Positions 54,728 to 64,000 of a DNA stretch of 64,000 nt are shown here, in pieces. The stretch is taken from NCBI GenBank assembly GCA_016933175.1, contig JAFGBK010000072.1, positions 1,296 to 65,295 on the forward strand. Direction: 5' to 3'. A program made the position numbers and the translations under genes. Source of the stretch: Candidatus Krumholzibacteriota bacterium (GTDB lineage Bacteria; Krumholzibacteriota; Krumholzibacteriia; JACNKJ01). The stretch's first letter is position 1, and each line of letters opens with the position of its first letter. The notes under the pieces were generated by a model. That model saw only the letters and a program-made list of their open reading frames with translations. It made no database searches and was not told where the DNA came from.

Positions 54728-57448
54728 CTACAGGCGTTCGGCGCTCGCCAGGGGGATCCAGCCCTCCAGGTCGGCCCCGAGGCGGGCCAGCGCCCAGGCG
54801 CCGCGCCGCTCGACGAGCTTGATCTCGGCGCCGGCGTGCACCTCGAACAGGGTGACGTAGCCCTCGCCCGGCCCCGACTGGACGGCCACGCGCGACGCGA
54901 GGACCACGGCCTCGCGGCCGCTCCAGTCCTCCCAGTCGGCGCGCCAGGCCGCGGCGGTCAGCAGGGGCAGCAGCACCGCCACGGCGATCAGGGGCCAGCG
55001 CAGGCGCCGCCAGGCCGCGCGCCGGAACAGCCCCAGGCCGGCGAGCAGCGTGCCGATCCACAGCACCGCCAGGCTCGCTGCCGCCAGCTCGTCGCCGGTG
55101 AAGGTCTCGCGCACGTGGCGCCAGCGACGGCCCCACCAGCCCGGCTCGGGCGCGGCCAGCTCGCCGGCCACGCGGGCCCGGGCCAGCTCGAGGTTGTCGC
55201 GGATCTCCCGGTCGCGGGGGGACAGGAGCAGGGCGCGCCGGTAGTCGAGCACGGCGCGGCCCACGTCGCCGAGCTGGTAGTAGGCGTTGCCCAGGTTGTA
55301 CCAGAGATGGCTGTCGTTCACGCCCACGGTCGCAAGGGTTTCCCAGATGCGCGCGGCGCCCTCGACGTCGCCCTCCTCGTAGAGGGCCGCCGCCCGCTCC
55401 ATGCGGCCGGCGCGGTCGGCGGCGCCCGGCGCCTCGGCGATCTGCGCCCGCGCGCCCGTCGCCGCCGCCGGTGCGGCCGCCTCGGCGCCGCCCGGCGCGT
55501 TCGGCGCCTGCGCGCGCGCGGCGGCCGGCAGGGCGAGGGCCGCGGCCAGCGCCAGGGGCAGGATCGCCGTCAGGGCGCCGCCCCGGCGCTGCCGGCCCAG
55601 TTCGCCCTCCAGGGCGGCCACCAGCGCGTGCGCCCGCTCGAGCAGGGCGTCCATCCGCGTGGTTGTTTCCGAGCCCGGCGCGTAGCGCGCGAAGTCGCAG
55701 TCGGCCAGCAGGCGCGCCGTCTCGCGGCGCCGCGCCTCGGGAGCCCCCGCGTCGGCGAGCCGGCGTTCGATCTCGTCGGCCGTCAGGCCCGCCGCCGCGG
55801 TGTCCAGGCGGTCGGCCAGGTAGCCGCGCAGGCCGCGGGCCAGCTCGGCGCAGAAGGCGTCGAAGTCGCCGGACTGGCGGGCGGCCTCGGCGGCCTTCAG
55901 GCGGCGCGAGGCCGCCCGCCGCGCGCCGCGGGCGCGGGTACCGGCCACGTCGGCGGCCAGCCGCTCGCGCCGCCGCTGCCAGAGCCAGGCCGCCAGAAGC
56001 AGGGGCCAGGGCAGCCACAGGGCCGCCTGGAAGCCCGCCGCGCGGGCCAGGCGCCCGCCGTCGCCCGCCAGCAGCGGGGCCGTCTTGATGTGGTGGATGT
56101 CCCGGCCCAGCAGCTCCACGCGCGCGGGCCGCAGGTCGGTGAAGACCACGGGCTGGGAGGCCTCGGTCGCGGCCGGCGCGACCGCCATCGCGATATCGCG
56201 CGTCGTATGGGTGCGGTAGCGCCCGGCCTCGGGATCGAACCAGGCGTAGCGCACGCCCGGCAGGGTGAGCGTGCCCTCGCGCCGGGGCACCAGGACCCGC
56301 GTGAAGGCCTTGCGCACGCGGATGCGGTCGGCCTCCGCGCTGACCTGGCTCTGCAGGTCGCCCTCGTAGTGCTTGAAGTCCGCCTCGTCCACCGCCAGGA
56401 CCGGCATGCCGAAGGCCCGCGGGTTTCCCGCGCCCGTCAGGGTGATGGTCAGCGTGGCCGGCTGGCCCACGCGGTAGGGGCCGGGCTCCAGCTCGGCGCG
56501 CAGCTGCAGGTCCGTGGCGACGGTGCCCTGGAAGTCCCCCGGCCGGCCCGTCTCGGGCAGGGGCAGCACCTCCAGGGACAGGGGCGGCGTGGTCAGCACG
56601 CGCTGCCGCCCGCGGCCGAAGCTGAAGAAGCCCCAGTCGTCGCGGTCGCGGAAGGTGAGCCGCACCTGCGCGGCGCCGATGCCCAGCGTGCCCGCCTCGC
56701 TGGGGAACAGGGCCGTCCGCAGCTCCGTGGCCGCGTAGTTGTTCCCCTCGACCATGCGGTAGCCGCTGATCTCGTCGCCCAGGGGCTCGGACCAGAAGCC
56801 CGTCAGGTCGGGCGGCGTGTACTGGGGCGTCGAGAGGAACTGCACGCGCGGATCGCGGTAGAGCGCGAAGTGCAGGGTCACCTGCTCGCCCACGTAGGCC
56901 CGCTCGGCGTCGGTCCAGGAGCGGATGAAGGCGTTGCGGTCGCCGGAATCGGCGTCGTCTGCCGCCGTGGACGGCGTTCCCCGCGGCGGCGCGTTGGGCC
57001 GCGCGCCGGGCGTCGCGGGGGCGGGCGCCTGCCCGCCGGTCTGCGCGCGGGCCGGCCGCACGTCCAGCTTGAAGGGGCGCGTGCGGTAGGCCTCGCCCTT
57101 GACGCCCACCACGATGCCGGGGATCTCCAGGCGGCCCGCTCGCAGGGGGACCAGCGTGTACAGGAAGCTCTTGGACGCGCTGGCCTGGCCGTTGATGAAC
57201 TGGAAGCTGCTGCTGCTGGATGTGCCCGCGACGACGAAGTCATCCATGTCGGGAAGCTGGGGCTGGCCGATGCCGCGCGCGGGTCCCTCGACGGTGATGG
57301 TCAGGGTGAAGGGCTCGTTCTCGTGGAAGGTCTCGCGGTCCAGCTCGGCCCGGATCCTCACCTCGTCGTCGGCGGAGGCCGGCGCGGGCGCCCCGCCCGC
57401 CAGGGCCAGCGCCAGGATGCCGATGCATGCCGCGTGCGTGAACCGCAT
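54728..57448 (-). CDS. BatD (oxygen-tolerance) protein fused to a BatE-like TPR + SH3b C-terminal module
   Basis: Signal peptide MRFTHAACIGILALALAGGA. N-terminal BatD-like region, a central TM (ALWLPWPLLLAAWLWQRRRE), a second hydrophobic segment, TPR repeats (LWYNLGNAYYQLGD) and a terminal SH3b-like region (EGWIPLASAERL). No stop between the BatD and BatE-like parts. Confidence 0.75.
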   Translation of the reverse strand: MRFTHAACIGILALALAGGAPAPASADDEVRIRAELDRETFHENEPFTLTITVEGPARGIGQPQLPDMDDFVVAGTSSSSSFQFINGQASASKSFLYTLVPLRAGRLEIPGIVVGVKGEAYRTRPFKLDVRPARAQTGGQAPAPATPGARPNAPPRGTPSTAADDADSGDRNAFIRSWTDAERAYVGEQVTLHFALYRDPRVQFLSTPQYTPPDLTGFWSEPLGDEISGYRMVEGNNYAATELRTALFPSEAGTLGIGAAQVRLTFRDRDDWGFFSFGRGRQRVLTTPPLSLEVLPLPETGRPGDFQGTVATDLQLRAELEPGPYRVGQPATLTITLTGAGNPRAFGMPVLAVDEADFKHYEGDLQSQVSAEADRIRVRKAFTRVLVPRREGTLTLPGVRYAWFDPEAGRYRTHTTRDIAMAVAPAATEASQPVVFTDLRPARVELLGRDIHHIKTAPLLAGDGGRLARAAGFQAALWLPWPLLLAAWLWQRRRERLAADVAGTRARGARRAASRRLKAAEAARQSGDFDAFCAELARGLRGYLADRLDTAAAGLTADEIERRLADAGAPEARRRETARLLADCDFARYAPGSETTTRMDALLERAHALVAALEGELGRQRRGGALTAILPLALAAALALPAAARAQAPNAPGGAEAAAPAAATGARAQIAEAPGAADRAGRMERAAALYEEGDVEGAARIWETLATVGVNDSHLWYNLGNAYYQLGDVGRAVLDYRRALLLSPRDREIRDNLELARARVAGELAAPEPGWWGRRWRHVRETFTGDELAAASLAVLWIGTLLAGLGLFRRAAWRRLRWPLIAVAVLLPLLTAAAWRADWEDWSGREAVVLASRVAVQSGPGEGYVTLFEVHAGAEIKLVERRGAWALARLGADLEGWIPLASAERL

Positions 57449-57450
57449 GG

Positions 57451-58332
57451 CTACCAGTCCTTCTCCACCTCGCGCTCGGCGCCCGGCTCCTGCCGCGCGC
57501 GCTCGGCCTGCAGCTCCTTTTCCTCTTCGAGCATGGCGTCCAGCAGCCGCTGGGCGTCCTCGGGGCTCATCTGCTCCTGCGTATCGGGCGGCGGGGGCTG
57601 GGCCTGGCTGCTGTCGGGCGGGGCCTGCCGCGAGGAGTCGGGCGGGGCCTGCTGCTGCTGGTCCTCGTCTCCCTCCTGGCCCTGCTGGTCTTGCTGCTGC
57701 TGATCCTGCTGCTGGTCGTCCTGCTGCTGGTCCTGGTCCTGCTGGTCCTGCTGCTGCTGTTGCTGCTGCGCCATCTTCATGAGCAGCTCGAAGTTGTGCT
57801 TGGCGTCCAGGTCGTCGGGGTCCCACATCATGGCGCCGGCGTAGGAGGCCAGGGCCGGCTGGATCTGCCCCGCCTGGGCCATGGCGTTGCCCAGATCGTA
57901 GAGGGCGGAGGCCTTCTCGCGGGGCGCCTTCGCGAAGCGCAGGGCCTGGCTGTAGGCGGCCAGGGCCTCCTCGAGCAGGTCCGAGCGGGCCAGGGCCCCG
58001 GCCAGATTCCGCTGGAGGACGGCGTTCTCGGGATGCTTGAGGGCCTCCTCGCGGTAGGCCTCCACGGCCTCGGCGAACTCGCCCTCGCGGACCAGGTCGT
58101 TGCCCCGCGCGTTGGCCCGCGCCGTCTTCAGGGGTACGCGGGGCGGCTTCGCCTCGTCCGCGGCGGCGCGGGCGCCGGTCGCGCTGGCGTCGTCGGCGAG
58201 GGCCGCGGAGGCGTCGCCTGCGCGGGCCGCGCCCACGGCAGGGCGCGCGGGCCCGCCTCCCGGCAGGGCGGGCGCCAGCAGGGCGGCCAGGGCCGCCGCG
58301 GCCGCGAGCCGCCTCAGAAGCGTCCCGTCCAC
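57451..58332 (-). CDS. BatC-like TPR protein with Gln/Asp-rich C-terminal tail
   Basis: GTG 4 nt after GAGGAGGA. Signal peptide. TPR repeats (AVLQRNLAGALARSDLLEEALAAYSQAL, ALYDLGNAMAQAGQ). C-terminal QQQQQQDQQDQDQQQDDQQQ... Confidence 0.75.
   Translation of the reverse strand: MDGTLLRRLAAAAALAALLAPALPGGGPARPAVGAARAGDASAALADDASATGARAAADEAKPPRVPLKTARANARGNDLVREGEFAEAVEAYREEALKHPENAVLQRNLAGALARSDLLEEALAAYSQALRFAKAPREKASALYDLGNAMAQAGQIQPALASYAGAMMWDPDDLDAKHNFELLMKMAQQQQQQQDQQDQDQQQDDQQQDQQQQDQQGQEGDEDQQQQAPPDSSRQAPPDSSQAQPPPPDTQEQMSPEDAQRLLDAMLEEEKELQAERARQEPGAEREVEKDW
57650..57775. repeat. CTG/CAG-rich trinucleotide low-complexity tract (encodes poly-Gln tail of BatC-like protein)
   Basis: Plus strand ctgctgctgctggtcctg...ctgctgctgctgttgctgctg. 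Confidence 0.6.
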
Positions 58333-59342
58333 CGTTCCTCCTCGCGCCGCCTCTCGCCGATGACGGACTCCAGGGCCAGGGCCGCCAGGGCCAGCGCGGC
58401 GAACAGCTGGTAGCGCTCGATGGGCCGCCGCGCCTGGCGGCCCGTGAGCTCGCGGGCCTCCATGCCGGCGATGGTCTCGCGTAGGTGGTCCAGCTCCAGG
58501 TTGGCGCCGCTGGACTCGTAGTAGGCGCCGCCGGTGACGGCCGCCACGCGCTGCAGCATGGTGCGGTCCAGGCGGCTGAAGACGGGCCGGCCCTCGCGGT
58601 CGCGCAGGTTCTCGCGCAGGGCTCCCGTCTCGGCGTCGCGCAGGGGCAACGTGTAGCCGTCGGGCGTGCCGATGCCGATGGTGAAGATCACGACGCCCTG
58701 CTCGGCCGCCGCTCGGGCCGCGGCCACGGCGTCGCCCTCGTGACTCTCGCCGTCGGTGACCAGGACCAGCACCTTGAAGCGCCGCTCCTCGCTGCGGAAA
58801 GCCGTCAGCGCTCGCCGGATGGCCTTCTCCAGGTTCGTGCCGGGCACGGGGATGGTCGACGTGCTCACCCCGTCCAGGAAGAGGCTGGCCGCCTCGGCGT
58901 CCAGGGTCAACGGGCAGCTCGTGAAGCTCTCGCCGGCGAAGGTCACCAGGCCCAGCCGGTTGCCGCGCAGGAGGCGGAACAGGTCCTCCACCTCGCGCTT
59001 GGCGGCCGCGAAGCGGTTGGGCCGCAGGTCCTCGGCCAGCATGGAGCGGCTGGTGTCCAGGGCGACGATGACGTCCAGGCCGCGGCGGCGCACCTCGGCC
59101 AGCTCCGAGCCGATCTGGGGCCGGGGCAGGGCGATCAGCGCCGCCGCCAGGCCCAGCAGGAAGAGGAAGGCCTTCCAGCGCCGACGCGCGGGGTCCAGGC
59201 CGGGCGTGAGGCGGGCGAAGAGCGTCGCGCTCATCAGGCGGTCGCGCGCGCGCTCCCGCCAACGGGCCGCCACGGCCAGCAGCACCAGCACGGCCGGGAG
59301 GGCCCACAGCAGGGGCAGCCAGCGCGGGTCGCCGAAGCTCAC
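58314..59342 (-). CDS. BatB (von Willebrand factor A domain, aerotolerance operon)
   Basis: GTG 5 nt after GAGGAGG. Two N-terminal TM helices. VIVALDTSRSM (MIDAS DxSxS), LVLVTDGESHEGD. Confidence 0.85.
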   Translation of the reverse strand: MSFGDPRWLPLLWALPAVLVLLAVAARWRERARDRLMSATLFARLTPGLDPARRRWKAFLFLLGLAAALIALPRPQIGSELAEVRRRGLDVIVALDTSRSMLAEDLRPNRFAAAKREVEDLFRLLRGNRLGLVTFAGESFTSCPLTLDAEAASLFLDGVSTSTIPVPGTNLEKAIRRALTAFRSEERRFKVLVLVTDGESHEGDAVAAARAAAEQGVVIFTIGIGTPDGYTLPLRDAETGALRENLRDREGRPVFSRLDRTMLQRVAAVTGGAYYESSGANLELDHLRETIAGMEARELTGRQARRPIERYQLFAALALAALALESVIGERRREEERWTGRF

Positions 59343-60334
59343 GGCAGCCTCCTCAGGACGAAGCGGGCCAGCAGGAACTCGGCCAGGAGCAGCAGGGCCG
59401 CCGGCGCCAGGAAGGGCGTCGAGGCCTCGCGGTAGTCGATGCGCTCGACGCTGCTGATCTCCGAGCGCTCCAGCTGGTCGATCTCGGCGTAGATCTCGGC
59501 CAGGGCCTCGGTGTTCTGGGCGCGGAAGTAGCGCCCGCCCGCGGCCTCGGCCACGGCGCGCAGGGTCGCCTCGTCGAGGTTGGTGGCCACGTACTGGTAG
59601 CGCTTGCCGAAGATGGGATCCTGCACAGGGTAGGGGACCTGCCCCTCCTTGCCCACGCCGATGGTGTAGATCTTCGCGCCCACGGCGGCCGCCGCGCGGG
59701 CAGCCGTCAGGGGGTCCACGCTGCCGGCGTTGTTGTCGCCGTCGGTGAGCAGGACCATCACCTTGCTCTCGGCCTTGCTCTCGCGCAGGCGGTTGGCGCC
59801 CGTGGCCAGGGCGCTGCCGATGGCCGTGCCGTCCTCGACGAGGCCCATCTCCACCTCGCCCAGGAAGTCCAGCAGCAGGTCGTGGTCCAGGGTGAGGGGG
59901 CACTGGGTGTAGGCCTGGGCGGCGAAGACCACCAGGCCGATGCGGTCCGCGGGCCGCTTGCGGATGAACTCGGCGGCCTGGGCCTTGGCCTCCTCCAGGC
60001 GATTGCGCGGGCGGAAGTCCTCGCCGCGCATGGAGGTGGAGATGTCCAGCACGAGGACGATGTCCACGCCCTCGCTGGTGACCTCGCGCGTGTGGGTGCC
60101 CGCCTGGGGGCGGGCCAGGGCCAGGGCCAGCAGCGCGATGGCCGCCAGGCGCAACGCGAGGGGCAGCCGGCGCAGGCGCGCGCGGCCGCGGCCGGCGACG
60201 CCGGCCAGGATGCGCGTGTCGGAGACGGTCAGCACCGCCTCGCGGCCCCGCCGCCGCCAGCGCCACAGAACGACGAGGACGGGCACGAGCAGGGCCAGCA
60301 GGGCCAGCGGCGTGGCGAAGCGCTCGATCATCAC
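59339..60334 (-). CDS. BatA (von Willebrand factor A domain, aerotolerance operon)
   Basis: DIVLVLDISTSM, VMVLLTDGDNNAG, and N- and C-terminal TM helices. ATG overlaps the DUF58 stop. Confidence 0.85.
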   Translation of the reverse strand: MMIERFATPLALLALLVPVLVVLWRWRRRGREAVLTVSDTRILAGVAGRGRARLRRLPLALRLAAIALLALALARPQAGTHTREVTSEGVDIVLVLDISTSMRGEDFRPRNRLEEAKAQAAEFIRKRPADRIGLVVFAAQAYTQCPLTLDHDLLLDFLGEVEMGLVEDGTAIGSALATGANRLRESKAESKVMVLLTDGDNNAGSVDPLTAARAAAAVGAKIYTIGVGKEGQVPYPVQDPIFGKRYQYVATNLDEATLRAVAEAAGGRYFRAQNTEALAEIYAEIDQLERSEISSVERIDYREASTPFLAPAALLLLAEFLLARFVLRRLP

Positions 60335-62436
60335 GGCTCCGCCTCCTCGTCCTCGCCCACCAGCGCGGGGCGCGTGGCCTTCACCAGGCGCTTGCTCGCC
60401 TGCAGGCTCTCCACGCAGTCGGCGCGGCTGGGCACCCGCTGCGCGAACTTGACCAGGTCGCCGCGGTCCAGGTCCTCAAGCAGGGGCTCGGCCAGGCCCT
60501 GGTCCAGGCGCAGTCGGGGCTGCGGGCCCGCCAGGGACAGGCGGATCTCCTCGCTGGTCCAGTCTGCGAAGGGCAGCGCGAAGCGCCGCGACAGGTAGCG
60601 GCGGACGATGCGCGAGAGGCGGTAGTAGTAGTCGGCGAAGAGGCCCTGGGCCGGCAGGTCCTCGAGAGCGAGGCCCTCGAGGGCCGCCAGGGCCTCGACG
60701 TCGGCGGGCGTGGGCGGCTCGGGCGCGGCCAGGCGGGCCCGCCGGCGGCGCAGCCACCAGCGCAGCAGCAGGGCGCCGGCGAGCAGGGCGGCCAGGGCCG
60801 GCAGGCCCCAGCGCGCCAGCACGGGCCACCAGTCCGCGCGCAGCGCGCCGGGCGCCTTCCAGTCGCGCAGGGCCGTCGAGTCGGGGGTCAGGGCCAGCAC
60901 GGACAGGCAGGCCAGCTCCTGCGGCTCGGTGACGAGCACGCGCGTCCCATCCTCGCCGGGCAGGCGGTAGGCGAAGGCCTGGCCGGGGATGGCGAAGGTG
61001 TCGGGCAGGAAGGTGGTGAAGGGCAGGGTGAAGCGCAGGGTGTCCGGCGCGCCGGCGCCGCGCAGGGTGTCGGCCGCGATGAAGCTGGTCAGGGGCGGCA
61101 TGGCGCCGCCGGCCGCTGACTGGCGCAGCTCCTCGGCCAGGGCCTCGGCGCGCTCGGGATCGAGCCAGGGTTGGACGCGCCCCGGCTCGCCCAGGTCCCA
61201 GCGCGCCTCCGCCAGCTCGGCGCCGGGCGAGAGGATCACGCGCCAGGTCAGGGCGTTGGGCTGGCCGATGACCTGCAGGTCGCGCTCGAGGCGGCTCTCC
61301 ACCTCGATGCCCGGCTCGCCGGCCACGAGCCAGCGCGGCCGGGCGTCGGCGGTGACCAGGGCCAGGTCGGGCTGCTCCATCTTCTCCAGGTCCTCGCGGG
61401 AGATCAGGGGCAGGCTCGGCCCCTGCTGGCCCATCATGGCGCCCGGCGTCATGGCGGGCGGGGGCGTCTGCTGGGCGCCGGCCGGCCCGGCCAGGGCCGC
61501 GAGGGCCACGAGCAGCAGGCCCACGGCCGCCCCGCGGAAGCCCTTGCTGAGCCGCCGCATGCGCTTGCGGAAGAATTGGGTCAGAGGCCGCGCGTAGTCG
61601 CGGGTCACGTCCAGGTCGATCTCGTCAACGCCGTGGCGCAGGAGCAGCTCGCTCAGGCGCGCCTTGCGGCGGCCGGCCTCGTCCGCGTAGGCCTCGCGCA
61701 GGGCCGCGCTGCCGGCGTCGAGCCAGAGGTCAGCACCCGTCTCGGCGTCGCGCAGGTGCAGGAGCCCCGCGTCGGGCAGGCGCCGCTCCAGGGGATCGTG
61801 GACGTTCAGCGCGATCAGGTCGTGCCGCCGCGCCGCCAGCTTGAGGGGCATCTCCCAGCCCTCGGCCAGGAAATCGCTCACCAGGAAGACGACGGCCTTG
61901 CGCCGGAGCAGACGGCTCACCGTCTCCAGGGCCAGGCCGAGGTCGGTGCCGCTCCCCTCGGGGCGGAAGTAGAGCAGCTCGCGGATGATGCGCAGCACGT
62001 GGCGGTGGCCCTTGTCGGGCGGGATGTACTTCTCCACCCGGTCGGTGAAGATGAGGCAGCCCACCTTGTCCAGGTTGCGGATGGCGCTGAAGGCCAGGAC
62101 GCTGGCCACCTCGGCGATGAACTCGCTCTTGAGCCGCTCGCCGCTGCCGAAGAGCCCGCTGGCGCTGGCGTCCACGGCCAGCAGCACGGTCAGCTCGCGC
62201 TCCTCGCGGAAGCGCTTGATGAAGGGGCGGCCCATGCGCGCCGTCACGTTCCAGTCGATGAAGCGCACGTCGTCGTCGGCGGTGTACTCGCGCACCTCGT
62301 CGAACTCCATCCCCGTCCCCTTGAAGACGGAATGGTACTCGCCGCCGAAGAGGTCCTCGACCAGGTGGCGGGTGGACAGCTCCACCTTGCGCACCTTGCG
62401 CAGTATCTCGGGCGGGATGCGCTCGCGTTCGGCCAT
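60331..62436 (-). CDS. DUF58 (MoxR-associated) protein fused to a ~400-aa C-terminal extension with two TM segments and a DUF4381-like tail
   Basis: N-terminal ~300 aa are DUF58-like (FKGTGMEFDEVREYTADDDVRFIDWNVTARMGRPFIKRFREERELTVLLAVDASAS). The extension carries a signal-like TM, a periplasmic region and a TM + cytoplasmic tail. Confidence 0.85.
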   Translation of the reverse strand: MAERERIPPEILRKVRKVELSTRHLVEDLFGGEYHSVFKGTGMEFDEVREYTADDDVRFIDWNVTARMGRPFIKRFREERELTVLLAVDASASGLFGSGERLKSEFIAEVASVLAFSAIRNLDKVGCLIFTDRVEKYIPPDKGHRHVLRIIRELLYFRPEGSGTDLGLALETVSRLLRRKAVVFLVSDFLAEGWEMPLKLAARRHDLIALNVHDPLERRLPDAGLLHLRDAETGADLWLDAGSAALREAYADEAGRRKARLSELLLRHGVDEIDLDVTRDYARPLTQFFRKRMRRLSKGFRGAAVGLLLVALAALAGPAGAQQTPPPAMTPGAMMGQQGPSLPLISREDLEKMEQPDLALVTADARPRWLVAGEPGIEVESRLERDLQVIGQPNALTWRVILSPGAELAEARWDLGEPGRVQPWLDPERAEALAEELRQSAAGGAMPPLTSFIAADTLRGAGAPDTLRFTLPFTTFLPDTFAIPGQAFAYRLPGEDGTRVLVTEPQELACLSVLALTPDSTALRDWKAPGALRADWWPVLARWGLPALAALLAGALLLRWWLRRRRARLAAPEPPTPADVEALAALEGLALEDLPAQGLFADYYYRLSRIVRRYLSRRFALPFADWTSEEIRLSLAGPQPRLRLDQGLAEPLLEDLDRGDLVKFAQRVPSRADCVESLQASKRLVKATRPALVGEDEEAEP

Positions 62437-62441
62437 GGCGC

Positions 62442-63434
<993 letters not shown>

Positions 63435-63758
63435 GGGAGCCCCCGCGTCCGATAAGGGATGGTTAACTCGTTGTGGTTTATCGAATTGACTCCGGGCAGC
63501 CAGGACCGCATACGCTCCAGCCGCCTTCGAGTTCCGGCACGGAATATTGCACAGGCGCCGGTTGCCGACAAGCCTTTGACCTCAAAGGAAATGCCGCCGC
63601 CGCCGGGGCGGCTCGCACGGTTCAATAAGCTATGATTCCTATTTGTGAAGACAGTATCAAGAGTCAACGATGATGGGGTTTATAAGCGGCCCCGGAGAAA
63701 CGACTTGACGGCGCCTATCGGTTATGAGGGGTGACCCGTTTTTTTCCTGAAATTCCCC

Positions 63759-63789
63759 TTGTGATGACCAGGAGGGTGCGGGCTAGTAT
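63759..63789 (+). promoter_or_regulatory. candidate sigma-70 promoter for thioredoxin gene
   Basis: TTGTGA-19nt-TAGTAT ~40 nt upstream of the ATG. Confidence 0.25.
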
Positions 63790-63829
63790 GCGTCCTGTCG
63801 CGCACATCACCAGCCGGAGGGGAGCGAGG

Positions 63830-64000
63830 ATGGCCAGCATCCAGGAACTGAACACCAAGAACTTCGACGATGTCATCACGCAATCGGAAGTGCCTGTCCT
63901 GGTTGACTTTTGGGCCGATTGGTGCGTTCCCTGCAAGGCCATGGAGCCGCTCCTGGAGGAGATCTCGGGGCTGCTGGGCGGGCGGATCCAGTTCGCCAAG
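63830..64000 (+). CDS. trxA: thioredoxin, N-terminal fragment (continues beyond window)
   Basis: GGAGGGGAGCGAGGA RBS. MASIQELNTKNFDDVITQSEVPVLVDFWADWCVPCKAM contains the WCxPC active site. Confidence 0.85.
   Translation, partial: MASIQELNTKNFDDVITQSEVPVLVDFWADWCVPCKAMEPLLEEISGLLGGRIQFAK

Noticed and set aside
54728-57448. Splitting the BatD-like ORF into separate batD and batE genes at the internal hydrophobic segment (RRGGALTAILPLALAAALALPAAARAQ).
   Set aside because: The reading frame is continuous, with no stop and no convincing internal RBS/start. It is reported as a fusion. A sequencing frameshift cannot be excluded from sequence alone.
63715-63999. 94-aa minus-strand ORF overlapping the thioredoxin start.
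   Set aside because: It lies antisense to a clear trxA gene with the canonical WCxPC motif and a strong RBS. Its translation is Ser/Arg-rich with no family match.

Overview
This is a very GC-rich (~70%) bacterial chromosomal segment that is densely coded. Most long ORFs in the six-frame track are alternative-frame artefacts of GC bias, so calls rest on recognisable protein families, Shine-Dalgarno spacing and start/stop coupling. Content from 5' to 3':
(1) Bases 1-8075 hold a plus-strand exopolysaccharide (EPS) biosynthesis operon of the exosortase/PEP-CTERM type: two GT4 glycosyltransferases, a hypothetical signal-anchored protein, a NodB-type polysaccharide deacetylase, glutamine-hydrolysing asparagine synthase, an acyl carrier protein and an AMP-forming acyl-CoA ligase. 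A small acidic PEP-CTERM-tagged protein follows on the minus strand at 8130-8468.
(2) Bases 8740-14497 hold a Wza-like polysaccharide export protein, a UPF0104 flippase-like protein, a secreted hypothetical and a PorV/UPF0164-like outer-membrane beta-barrel. The long intergenic regions that follow carry candidate sigma-54 promoters and lead into a priming sugar transferase.
(3) Bases 14574-20034 hold a 3D-domain protein, a cytosolic-type HAD 5'-nucleotidase, and a minus-strand TPR / FtsX-permease / unknown-protein operon.
(4) Bases 20190-30767 hold a lipoprotein with a metzincin-like HExxH motif, then two inverted paralogous GH32-like beta-propeller hydrolases with C-terminal type-IX-secretion-like sorting domains. 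These bracket an M50 protease, an M28 peptidase, a zinc-ribbon protein, the fructose bisphosphatase GlpX and a TPR protein.
(5) Bases 31294-38699 hold a sigma-54-dependent NtrC-type regulator with an atypical receiver domain, followed by RarA, a GNAT acetyltransferase, a SAM methyltransferase, an MFS transporter and the archease-RtcB RNA-repair pair.
(6) Bases 38899-41712 hold a large secreted papain-like (C1) protease with PKD, beta-helix and C-terminal sorting domains.
(7) Bases 41798-43766 hold two tandem protein-L-isoaspartate O-methyltransferase (pcm) paralogs separated by a 545-bp gap that has no ORF but a strong terminator.
(8) Bases 43899-50353 hold an Opp/Dpp-type ABC importer.
(9) Bases 50413-54052 hold a CPBP intramembrane protease and an LVIVD-repeat secreted protein with a sorting tail.
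(10) Bases 54219-63434 hold a minus-strand MoxR / DUF58 / BatA / BatB / BatC / BatD-E aerotolerance-type operon with a rubrerythrin-like gene, then the start of thioredoxin at 63830.
No rRNA, tRNA, CRISPR array or transposase was recognised. The most notable structures are the PEP-CTERM EPS locus co-occurring with T9SS-type tails, three candidate sigma-54 promoters alongside a sigma-54 activator with an atypical receiver, the inverted GH32-like paralog pair, and the ORF-less pcm intergenic region.
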